DNA of 64,000 bases, taken from NCBI GenBank assembly GCA_015680685.1, contig MNCI01002612.1:69051-133050 (forward strand), written 5' to 3'. The notes under the pieces are model-generated. The model was given only the letters and a program-made list of their open reading frames with translations. It was not told where the DNA came from and did no database searches. A program made the translations under genes and the position numbers. This document shows, one piece after another, positions 21,445 to 32,140 of this stretch; the stretch's first letter is position 1, and each line of letters begins with the position of its first letter. This DNA is from Gnetum montanum. Taxonomy: Eukaryota > Plantae > Gnetophyta.

Positions 21445-24400
21445 TCATGGGTTAGCCCCGTTCGCATCGCCTTTGCTGTTTGCCCCCACTTCATCTACTT
21501 GTGCATCACCTACTCCTGTGTTGCCCCCTATCGGCTCTTCATTTCCTCCCTCCACGGGCCTCACACCTTCGTTGAGAGCCTGTATCCCAAAAATAGAGTA
21601 GTTAGCCAGGGCAACAAATGCGATAAACACTAGCTATAGCACAACATTAAAGTGACTAACCTAAGGAGAGCCTACGTCAATCTCAAGAGGTATCTGGTCT
21701 AGACGGAGCCTGAGGCCACGCCCAATCTCCTCTATCGGAATGTTGATCCAATGCCTGCCACTAGGCTCAGCATTCGCAGCGGCAAATTTCTCCCTTTCCA
21801 AGGTCGTCCACTTTAGAGGTTTACGAGAAAGGGAGGCAACTGCGGTCTCTCCTATAGGAAGGTTCATCCTTAGGTCAGGAGACTTTGTGACCTTCACTTG
21901 CTTTTTAAACCTAGCATAGGCCTCAGAAGCACCGATGGCCTTCACGAACGTTTCATACAAGAACACCTCCACAGCAACATCTTTATACAATCTTTGATGG
22001 GTTGTGTTTTCTAGCTTGTATGTATGTTTGTGATCCCTCTGGGTTTTGCCCCATTTGAAGACCTTAGCACTGATGTCCTTCATATCTTGGCACTTCTAGG
22101 CTAGCAAGTCCATCTACATCTGCTATTCGATTATTTCATGGGTGGACTCCACATTTTGATGAACAACAGTCCAAAACCTAGAGTAGTCGTCTATATCTCT
22201 TTGCAAATCGGCAGGGTTAGGGTTACAGTTTATGAGGAAATTGATCCTCGACCTAAGGTTCTCCACCTCGACGACCAGTTTGGCATCTCTCTGATCAACC
22301 CTTTGGAGCCGTTTCCACATGTACTCGTTGGTGCATCTACACTCCCACAGAGAGCACGTCGAGTTCAAGACACATTTGTAAGCCTCGTCAAATGTATGAC
22401 GAGACACCTCGGTCACGTCAGGCCAGAGTGCGGGCACCATGCCTACCTCCATAGGTCATGCACCGAGAGGTTGTTCAAGCGCACAAAGCGCAGTAATCAT
22501 GTTAGCATAACATAATCAACAAACTCGAAAATTTCAACGTAGAAACAAAAGGACAATTAACACTCCTACTTACCCACATGAGGATCCACCTACTAAAAGT
22601 GTTTGATCATGTCATCAACAAGTCCCTAAACAAACGCAAACTTGTCAGGGACTTCAGCCCATGACTCCGTATGAGGTAGAGGAAGTCCTGAGACATTAGC
22701 AGTAGCACCTGTTACACGACTAAGCATGTTAGCAATGGCCAAAATGGACTATGGTAAGGTACAAACAAAGCCTAACTCACTAGCATCCGGCTGCAATCTT
22801 TCTTCTTGATGATGCAAGACGATCACGGTAGGCTTGGTAGAAGGCCTGGCCAAGTCCATGAAAGCCCCTACCTCATGCGCTGGTGCCTTTCCTTTCAGGA
22901 GAGTAGCGTCTTTTTTATTTTGGGGAGGTACCTCTTCGTTAGGAAGAGGCTCCCTAATGAAAAGAGTCCCTGCCCTAGAGATAGGAGCTCCATTATTCCT
23001 GATCGGGGCCCTCTCCTCCAAAATTAAGGCCCACACATCTTTATTTTTCACCCTCATCCTAAGGGCCGACACTTCCTCATCGCCTTCTTCTTCGTCTTCT
23101 TCTTCTTCTGCTCACAAAAGGATATGCATACATCAATTCAAAACAAGTTAACTCAAAATAGATGCCACGCTACGATGCACTGCCTAACGAAGCATAAAAT
23201 AGTAGGTAATAGCAAAGTAAACTAAATATTACGTAACGCTCACCAATGGGGGGTTGCGTTCGCCATAGCTTGAATCACAGTCTTCTTCCCTCCTCTTCAT
23301 GAGAACTTCCCCTAGTTGGGGGAGGTCTCTTTCTTTGCAGCTCCATAGACACAGTCTCAGCTATGAGATGTTCACCTTGTGTCATGTTGCCGATTATGGC
23401 AGGGGGCGTCTCCCCTACGCTATCCTGGCCGCAAGCACTACGAACTACCAGACCTTTAGTCGTTACAGACAATGANNNNNNNNNNNNNNNNNNNNNNNNN
23501 NNNNNNNNNNNNNNNNNNNNNNNNNNNNNNNNNNNNNNNNNNNNNNNNNNNNNNNNNNNNNNNNNNNNNNNNNNNNNNNNNNNNNNNNNNNNNNNNNNNN
23601 NNNNNNNNNNNNNNNNNNNNNNNNNNNNNNNNNNNNNNNNNNNNNNNNNNNNNNNNNNNNNNNNNNNNNNNNNNNNNNNNNNNNNNNNNNNNNNNNNNNN
23701 NNNNNNNNNNNNNNNNNNNNNNNNNNNNNNNNNNNNNNNNNNNNNNNNNNNNNNNNNNNNNNNNNNNNNNNNNNNNNNNNNNNNNNNNNNNNNNNNNNNN
23801 NNNNNNNNNNNNNNNNNNNNNNNNNNNNNNNNNNNNNNNNNNNNNNNNNNNNNNNNNNNNNNNNNNNNNNNNNNNNNNNNNNNNNNNNNNNNNNNNNNNN
23901 NNNNNNNNNNNNNNNNNNNNNNNNNNNNNNNNNNNNNNNNNNNNNNNNNNNNNNNNNNNNNNNNNNNNNNNNNNNNNNNNNNNNNNNNNNNNNNNNNNNN
24001 NNNNNNNNNNNNNNNNNNNNNNNNNNNNNNNNNNNNNNNNNNNNNNNNNNNNNNNNNNNNNNNNNNNNNNNNNNNNNNNNNNNNNNNNNNNNNNNNNNNN
24101 NNNNNNNNNNNNNNNNNNNNNNNNNNNNNNNNNNNNNNNNNNNNNNNNNNNNNNNNNNNNNNNNNNNNNNNNNNNNNNNNNNNNNNNNNNNNNNNNNNNN
24201 NNNNNNNNNNNNNNNNNNNNNNNNNNNNNNNNNNNNNNNNNNNNNNNNNNNNNNNNNNNNNNNNNNNNNNNNNNNNNNNNNNNNNNNNNNNNNNNNNNNN
24301 NNNNNNNNNNNNNNNNNNNNNNNNNNNNNNNNNNNNNNNNNNNNNNNNNNNNNNNNNNNNNNNNNNNNNNNNNNNNNNNNNNNNNNNNNNNNNNNNNNNN

Positions 24401-26743
24401 NNNNGGGGGGGGGGGGGGGGGGGGTGCCTGGGCTTGCATAGTCCGAAGAACCTATTGAATCCATGGCTTAAGAATCTAGTCACGATCTAGCTCGGACTAG
24501 ATTCCATCCTCTTGGACCACCAGGAACTCCGCGAAGCACTTTAAACAACCTATGTAGAAAGCATAGTGTATGTTAGATTAGGACTACATTGGCTCACGAA
24601 GTCCCAAAATCTCAGCCTGCAAACCACTACATAGGAATTCGGCCTAGTTGTAATGGGCCACCTCCTCCATGACTTCTCGCATTACCCAAGCCTACTCAAG
24701 CCCTAGGACCTTCCCCTGGGTGAGCAATTGAGAGAATGCGTGGGCATGAAAGATCGAGTATATCCCCATGGCAGGACCTTCCTTAAGCTTGTCCATAGGG
24801 AACCCCTTTTGCTCCTTGGTGAGCCTTAGCCACTCCTCGATGTGCTGCTTCTAAAGGATCAACTCCTGCTTATCCTTCGACATCACGTCGGGGCCATCAA
24901 TAGGGATGCCAAACAAATATGCAAATAGTTGGTCATTGATGTCAATGACCACCTGCACACCCTGCACATACATACAAAAATGGCTCGCCTGCTTAGAGAA
25001 GGAGTTAATCAAGGAAAGCATCTCTGTAGCAAGGATGCCCGAATTTGGAGCCATGAACAAATCCATAAGTCTAGCCATTCGGGTTTTCTTAAGCAAGGGG
25101 TCTGGAGCCCCTCGTTCTAACCAGCTCTGGCTCGCTGCTACTTCACCATATTTGAAGTAAATGTTTCCCCCTTGCCTCTTGGCAGTTACCACTGTCACCT
25201 CACGAGGCTTCTTCGCTCCTGCAGCAATCATCATGAAACGTACTTAGCAAAAAAAAACTACGAAAACACTTGAGCATGTGGCACCCACCTATTAACCCAC
25301 CAGATCTATACGGTGAAGGGAATAGCAGGAGTTCAGCCACCAGGACTGCTTCAAGCGTGACCTACTTGAAAGGTTCTCTCCACTCTTTGTCTAGCCAACC
25401 CTTCATCCTACAATGATCGTAGAAGGTGGCGAGCGTGTGTAGGTGGGAACGGTATCCCTCCATGCAATGAGCAATCATGCCCACTCAAAGGCTCTTGGCA
25501 GAGGCAAATTCCCGTAGGGCTAGTTGCATTGTGGCCAACTCACTTGGCTAATCATGAACCCCATCATCATCAATATAGAATTTGGTGACAAGCACACACT
25601 ATCAACACTCAACTAAGTATGGCCGACGTTGCACAACCAAGCAAAGCAAAGACGCAAAACTCATCCACCAACACAATAGACGATCCCTATGGGTTTTGAA
25701 AGTATGTCACCATGTGGCGCGCAAGATACAACGTGTTGTATGGGTGATAACACTAGTATTCTGGCATATCATAGATCTAGGCTAAATGCCTCAACCTTGT
25801 TGAGTGTTGGTTAGACCCTCCTCCCAGCCTACTTGTGGTCGCATCGTTAGAATGGTATCTCAGGATGCCCTGATTTTTCCCTGGCAATATGGCCTTTATT
25901 ATGCCGGATGCCTGCGCTTTATCTAAGGAGGATTAAACCATGAGACTAAAATGGCTGAGAAGGAATTGCAAGAAGTCTCGCACCCCATCCCTGAACCAAA
26001 CAGCTCGCTCTCCCAAACTTATCGGGGGAGGAGAAACATTGGCCATAGGTCTGCTCACATGACATAGGACCCCTTCAAGGTCCAAAATGATTAACCTAGA
26101 CCTTGGCCCTATCTTGCACAATGAAAACAACAAATATTGACATCAAATTTAAATGCAATGCATGCGCAACATAGTAGCGCTTAGTAGAACACGAATGTAG
26201 CATAACATAACCCCTTGTTCACCATAGCATAGCAAAGATGCGAAAGCTAGCATAGCAAGAACATGCAAGTAGCTTAGCATAGCAGAAAAATAACTAATGA
26301 CATACTCAAACAAAAACATGCACTGCAGTGCTACATCACACATAGCCAAACCCTCCCGAGGTTTTTATGCCACGGCATGCCAAGGTCAAACAACTTAAAG
26401 GGCCATGGCCCCTCAGTCGCGACAATCATGACGACGACAATGACCTTGCATGCAATCACAACGAGACCCTTGCACAATAGCCATGAACAAAAGAAAAAGA
26501 TGCTGCGGAAATACAAAAGCTCAAATAACACGACTGCAGAAAATACAAATAGCAAAACAAATGAGATGCAAAACCAGAGCAAAAAGTGGTAGAAGGTGCA
26601 AGATGAAAAGGGTGAAGAGACATGAAAACTCACTGAGTCAATGGTGTGCTCTCCCGCGCTGAAACGCATGCTTGTGGCCCATGTCTTAGGATCTTTTTCA
26701 CCTCCCTGACCTTTGCAAGCACCAACTGAGTTTTAGGAGCCAT
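21445..26743 (-). pseudogene. Multi-exon antisense accessory gene inside the Tat element (FCP1/NIF-like domain, PMD/Transposase_32-like domain, coiled coil); degenerate in this copy
   Basis: ATG at 26743. Donors GTGAGT 26633, GTGGGT 25300, GTGAGC 23243, GTGAGT 22780, GTAAGT 22573, GTTAGT 21660. Acceptors TAACAG 22709 and ATACAG 21580 with CTAAC branch points. Minus-strand ORF pieces coincide with the inferred exons. Spans the N gap. Confidence 0.7.
23476..24404. other. Assembly gap (N run) followed by a 20-nt G homopolymer
   Basis: Directly visible in the sequence. Confidence 1.
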
Positions 26744-26891
26744 GGCCCTACTTGCAGATTTACGATCTTCACTTTAGAAATTCACCTCGCTAATCAATTA
26801 ACACAATTTCTCCACGCTCTGAAATCATCGAGTGCTCGGATGAGGATTCTACGCTTTTACAATGAAAATGTCGAAATTACCAGGGTTTAAT

Positions 26892-26943
26892 CCCTATTTA
26901 TGGAAGTAGTGGAAAAATGAGGAAACTTTCTCTCTCTCTCTCT
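26892..26943 (-). promoter_or_regulatory. Putative TATA-like box (CATAAATAGGG) of the antisense gene with adjacent (CT)n tract
   Basis: About 150 bp upstream of ATG 26743 on the minus strand. Confidence 0.45.
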
Positions 26944-27622
26944 TTGATTAATGCGAAGCACGGTGTGCAGCATAGCATGCTCGCCACGGCATCATGACAC
27001 TATTAGCATTTAAGCCTTAACATGCTTCAGGCCAATTACTCACCTTCCTAAAAATAAAAAAATAATATAATAATATTTGTTTTCGATTAAAGGTCCAAAA
27101 AGACCTTAAACTAACAAGCCTAGCATAGTTGCGCTCCTCAGGACCCAAAAGATAGTAATTCCGACCCATAACATTCGCAGTCCACAGTGACATTAAACTA
27201 ACTACATCCTTACATCAACAGTTACCTCGTACGACTCGACATAGGCGGTAGCATATTTCCTAATAGTTTTGTGTCTTCATTCCTGCACTGGTAGTTTGAT
27301 ACCCCTAGTACTCGTAATTTTATTCTTTTCACCATTATTTTGCATATCAAGATTTTGCATGTCGCAATATTGCAGTTCGAGATGACACTAAACTAGCAGT
27401 TTGGCATTCGCATATCAACGATTACACAACTTCGCACTTCACATCAACAATTTACATATCTCTAACAATTCTAGACTCTTGTGCCTTGGCGGTCTGCCAT
27501 GACCTTAAACTAGTAAAATCCAAATCTTTACATCACCTTACTTAGCAAGTCACATCTTGGTGTTGCTTTGCAGATTTATGTTTCACACAATCTTTGATCA
27601 CCCTTACCCAGGCTTTCATCTT

Positions 27623-28562
27623 ATGATGGCAGGTCAAGCAAGAGATGGAAACCCATCGTGCCCTTTACATGCCTCTAATGTTAGTAAGGCCACAAGGCAA
27701 GCTCGTGAGATAGTTGAACCCCAACATGATTAACTAGGGGTCGACTACGATTAACACTATAGTAACCTTAGAAACACCTCCGAATTGGCCCAGACACCTA
27801 GTCCATTCCCTGGATTTAGAGGTCGGGGATGTAACTGAGGATCCTCTTGTCGAGATACCCATAACCATGTCAAGAAGGGAGGTAAAGACATTAAGAATTA
27901 GCTCCCTCCTAGACACACAAATACATGAGGGTATAGTTAAAACTTTGCAGGATTACATTGATGTCTTCACATGGTCATACGGCGACATGTTGGGTCTGGA
28001 TCCGTAGCTGATTCAGCATAACATCGTCCTAGACCCACACATAAGGGTAGTTAAGCAAAAGACGCATAAGATTAAGCCAGAAATCACACTAGCCTTGAGG
28101 GACGAAATCACTAAGTTATACCAAGAAAGTTTCATCTGTGCAGTTGACTATTCAAAGTGGGTGTCCAACATCGTTGTGGTTTCAAAGAAAGCAGGAGTGA
28201 TACGAATCTATATAGACTTTTGAGACTTGAACAAGGCGATGATCAAAGACAACTTCCCACTCCCAAGCATCGATCAACTCATCGACACCACAGCTGGTCA
28301 TGCTTTGCTATCCTTCATGGATGGCTTTTCTGAATACAACCAAATCCACATAAACCCAGAGCACCAGCTGTCAACAACCTTCATGACTCCATGGAGAATG
28401 TTCTGTTATACCATGATGCCTTTCAGGCTCAAGAATGCTGGAGTAACCTACCAATGAGCCATGACCTACATTTTTAGCGACTACATCCTAGAAACGTTAA
28501 ACGATTACGTGGATGATATAGCAGTTAAGTCCAAAGAGGTAGCCCACCATCCATGCAATCTA
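27623..28562 (+). pseudogene. pol: Tat reverse transcriptase, N-terminal part (cut just after YVDD by the viral insert)
   Basis: DVFTWSYGDMLGLDP...WVSNIVVV...IDF*DLNKA...FPLPSIDQLID...SFMDGFSEYNQI...MPFRLKNAGVTYQ...YVDD. Confidence 0.92.
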
Positions 28563-29221
28563 TGTACTTCTTAGGATTGTACTTGCAGATATGTTTCTTC
28601 TTCTTCCTGTAGCCATTCGTCTAACTGCTCTTTTTGTTCTGTTTCTGATTCTATAGGTTGGCTGTCATAGGATGGATTGATCTCTTTTTCATATTTTTTC
28701 AAGGCTTTTACTTCAGCCTTTTTGTCTCTAATCTGTTTATCTAATTAAATATAAACAGTTAAATCTTCTATTGGGGTATGTTTTAATTTATGTTTTAGTC
28801 TATCTAATTGGATTTTAGCTAATACTAATTCATCTTGTACCCTTTTTGTTTCAGACGTTGATGTTTGCTTTGAGGACGTTGCGCGGTTCATATTACAATA
28901 ATACACATCGCCATCAGAAGAATCCGTAGGATTGTGATCATAATCAGAACCTATTTCGTTGTGATTATTCTCCCAATATTCATCTAGACTATGTTCACTA
29001 TCAGAAGTTGAAGGTGATGAAGGACATAAATCTTCTCGTGGGTTATAATAAATATCGTCAATTTCTGGATCAGAAATCCATTCAAAATGTGTTTCCCAAA
29101 GATTATGTTTTCTAATGAAATGAACCTTCTTTTTATCCTTGTCCTTGTTGGGAAAATCAGGTGCAATATGTGGACCTCCGCAAATAAAACATTTAACATT
29201 TTTACGACCTATTGGTTCTGG

Positions 29222-31858
29222 TCATCGTCTAAAAAATCCAGGATACTTTTTGACTCTTCGTCTTGGAGGAGATGATTGTTTTTTTCTCCGCCATTGTTTT
29301 CTTGGGTTGGATCGAGAGGAAGATCCTTTTCGACACTTGGTACATTGTCGACTAGTTTTCTCTTTTTGTTTATTTTTAAACTTTTCTTTAGGACATAGTT
29401 CTAAACATAAACTCTTACCTATCCTATTATTTATTTTTTTCACTAATTTTTGTGTCTCTTGAGTATAACACAATTCTCTATTGGTCTGTTCTAAGAATTG
29501 CCTAATTTGTTCAAAACTCATATTAGCTATACAAAGATTTTGCTTTTTCAATTTTGCCATATATGTATTGCAAAATGGTTGAGGAAGACACCCAATGAGA
29601 TGTTCTTTAGCTGCTACTTCATGTGTGAGTTTACCATAATAATACCATGATTCCATGGCATCAAGAAATCCAGATAGTTGTTGGATTTTATGTAATCGAG
29701 CTTTAAAGAAACGATCACGATAAACATCTACTAGATTTGCTTTAAAACCAATAAACTCTTTGATAATAGAATTTAAGAAGATGACTGTTGGTTGGGTAAT
29801 CAACCTGGTTTTAATGGCAATTGGGATATGACTCCACCATCTTCGCAAGTTTCCTTGGAAGTTATAAGTAGCATTCATAATGGCTTGTAGTGTAGATTTT
29901 TTAGCAAAATCAATTTGGACAGTTAGATAGGATTGGATGGCATCTAGGACATCCTGGTGCTCTTTAAGATCTTTGTTATCCATGTTGAATTTAGGTTGTA
30001 TATCTCGTGCTTTATGAGATTGTGTCAACATGGCTTCAGTGGCTTCCTGAACTTGTTCTCTTGTCCTTGCTAGTAATACAGCTTCTTTAGCTCTATCATC
30101 ATCTATATCTGATGCTGTTTTTTCTTCACTATGTGTACTATCCTCTTCATTCATATGGATTTGGGCTTTTCCCTTTTTCACCCTTTGAGCACGTTGATGT
30201 GTTTTGAAAGCTTCAATATCTTTCTGAGCTAAGGCTGGTGGAGATGTAGGAAAGAATAAAGAGACGTCAGAGGCTGAGGACGGTAAAGGAGGAGCCGTAG
30301 GCTTTGGAGATGTAGGCCTACTACCAGACACACGTTCTAATTTTCTATATAATAAACCAGTATTAACATCAGTATTGTTATTTAATTGATACATACGTTC
30401 TAATACTGTCATCTGAGTTCTATTACTATAAGCTAGTTCTTGTAAAGCAGTATTTGTCCAATTTAACAGACAAATAGTATCAGATGGTTTTTCTACTGCT
30501 TTTTTAGTATGTAAAGTATATACATACTCTTCTTCAGCTAAACCTTCAGGTTTGTTTTGTACGAAATCGAACCTTCTAGTTTCTAAAGGAGTCAGACGAT
30601 TTTGATGTTCCGTAAAGGTATCTCTTGAGATAGATGTCCTATTCATTTCAATCCTACAGGTTTTTAACAATGCATCACATTCATTACAATGGTATTGATT
30701 ACCTATTTCTGTTAAGGTTTTATGACTACATGAAGGATCTCCTATAGATGGTTGAAACACATGGGATGATGTTGTTGATTTCGGTATGGATTCTTCATCT
30801 GTACTATCTGGATCTACTTCTACAATCTTGGCTTTGGCTTTCGCCCTTTGTTGTACCCTATCCATCTTAAGTTCTAATAGTTCTGTTTTTCTCATAGAAT
30901 GAGACAGTTGTAGTTGTAGTTTTTGGATAGTATTTTGGAGATTGTTTAGATTCAGTTGAGGTTCTTGGTTAGGATTAGTTTCTGTAGGTTCTTGGATTTT
31001 TATAGGTTTTTGAAATAGTTTTGGTTTAGGCTTGGTATGTGCTGCATTCAGCAGATCTATATCAGAAAATCTAGGAGGGAGAAGATTGACTCTATATCTA
31101 CGTTTAGGGGTTTTACCTCGGACTCTGTCTTTGATAAAGACATCAAGTGTTTTGGATAAATTCGGATATTTTGTATGAATCGATAGATCTTCTGTGTCAA
31201 TTTCTACGCCATATTCTATGTTGGATGAACCTACTTGGGTTTTTTGTTCATTAAAAGGGAAGAGAGTCTTAATAGCGGTATGACTAAATAACTTAAAGAC
31301 TAACCGAGTAGATATTGTAGCGTAAATAGATTTTGGTATCATATCCATAGGCATATAGACAATAACCATTAAAGATTCATATAAATGAGGATCATGTAGA
31401 GATAGGGTAAAGTTAGGAATTGTGATGATCATAGCATCTTCAGCTAAAGTTCCTTTAGCCTGTGTTATAATAGCATCCTCAAAGGTGTTGAATCTACGAT
31501 CTATTACAGCAATCCAATATGGGGCTTTTAATCTATAAGTAAAATGTGGATGTAATACTAACGCTAATTCAGCTAGATGTATGTAATGAAAACCTTTTTC
31601 AATCCAGGTTTCTACTTCGGGTTTGGAAAAGAAAGTGAGGGCTACTGGTCGTAAACCAGTTCCTGCAATCTCTAGATCACACTCGGACAGATACATTTCT
31701 TTCCATGAATCGAGGACTTTTAGACAAGACTTATCATATATTTCAGTACGTTTTGCGATTGGCAGTGGACTCGTACCATTAGTAGTAGTAGAACGATATT
31801 CATGTACGCGATAGAAATAAGGGTTAGAACTACCTGTCATCTGTGAGGGATCTGCCAT
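29222..31858 (-). CDS. Caulimovirid polyprotein N-terminal part: 30K movement protein plus coat protein (878 aa open; frame continues past a TGA into the Zn knuckle and an acidic linker to ~28563)
   Basis: MP core GFHYIHLAELALVLHP...IAVIDRRFNTFEDAII...IPNFTLSLHDPHL; CP core FQGNLRRWW...IIKEFIG...LIGCLPQPF; basic tract; CFICGGPHIAPDF at 29151-29192 (last Cys replaced). Confidence 0.88.
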   Translation of the reverse strand: MADPSQMTGSSNPYFYRVHEYRSTTTNGTSPLPIAKRTEIYDKSCLKVLDSWKEMYLSECDLEIAGTGLRPVALTFFSKPEVETWIEKGFHYIHLAELALVLHPHFTYRLKAPYWIAVIDRRFNTFEDAIITQAKGTLAEDAMIITIPNFTLSLHDPHLYESLMVIVYMPMDMIPKSIYATISTRLVFKLFSHTAIKTLFPFNEQKTQVGSSNIEYGVEIDTEDLSIHTKYPNLSKTLDVFIKDRVRGKTPKRRYRVNLLPPRFSDIDLLNAAHTKPKPKLFQKPIKIQEPTETNPNQEPQLNLNNLQNTIQKLQLQLSHSMRKTELLELKMDRVQQRAKAKAKIVEVDPDSTDEESIPKSTTSSHVFQPSIGDPSCSHKTLTEIGNQYHCNECDALLKTCRIEMNRTSISRDTFTEHQNRLTPLETRRFDFVQNKPEGLAEEEYVYTLHTKKAVEKPSDTICLLNWTNTALQELAYSNRTQMTVLERMYQLNNNTDVNTGLLYRKLERVSGSRPTSPKPTAPPLPSSASDVSLFFPTSPPALAQKDIEAFKTHQRAQRVKKGKAQIHMNEEDSTHSEEKTASDIDDDRAKEAVLLARTREQVQEATEAMLTQSHKARDIQPKFNMDNKDLKEHQDVLDAIQSYLTVQIDFAKKSTLQAIMNATYNFQGNLRRWWSHIPIAIKTRLITQPTVIFLNSIIKEFIGFKANLVDVYRDRFFKARLHKIQQLSGFLDAMESWYYYGKLTHEVAAKEHLIGCLPQPFCNTYMAKLKKQNLCIANMSFEQIRQFLEQTNRELCYTQETQKLVKKINNRIGKSLCLELCPKEKFKNKQKEKTSRQCTKCRKGSSSRSNPRKQWRRKKQSSPPRRRVKKYPGFFRR

Positions 31859-32128
31859 TACTGACTAGATATGTGGAATTCTTGAAATCGTGCTTCTTGA
31901 CTACCTCACGGCGCGGTTTACTCTTCAACGCCTATCTCACGGCAACAACGATGCGCGACTTACTTTCGGCGATCTGTCTATTCACATGTATCACAACCGT
32001 TCAAGAATATCGGTCCAGCAAGATCCGTCAGGTAATATCCCTGCAGAAACACCACAAACAATAAATAGTATAACACCTCCCCCCCCGGGCAGAAAATTGC
32101 ACTGGGTCAGGATGGAACGAGGTACCAA

Positions 32129-32140
32129 GGCTCTGATACC
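32129..32140 (-). promoter_or_regulatory. Viral minus-strand primer-binding site (tRNA-iMet)
   Basis: GGTATCAGAGCC, the canonical TGGTATCAGAGC(C) lacking its first T, ~270 bp upstream of the MP ATG. Confidence 0.9.

Noticed and set aside
23275-24490. Long ORFs of 327-402 aa in the ORF track
   Set aside because: Artefacts of translating through the N gap; only the minus-strand flanks are used as part of the antisense gene.
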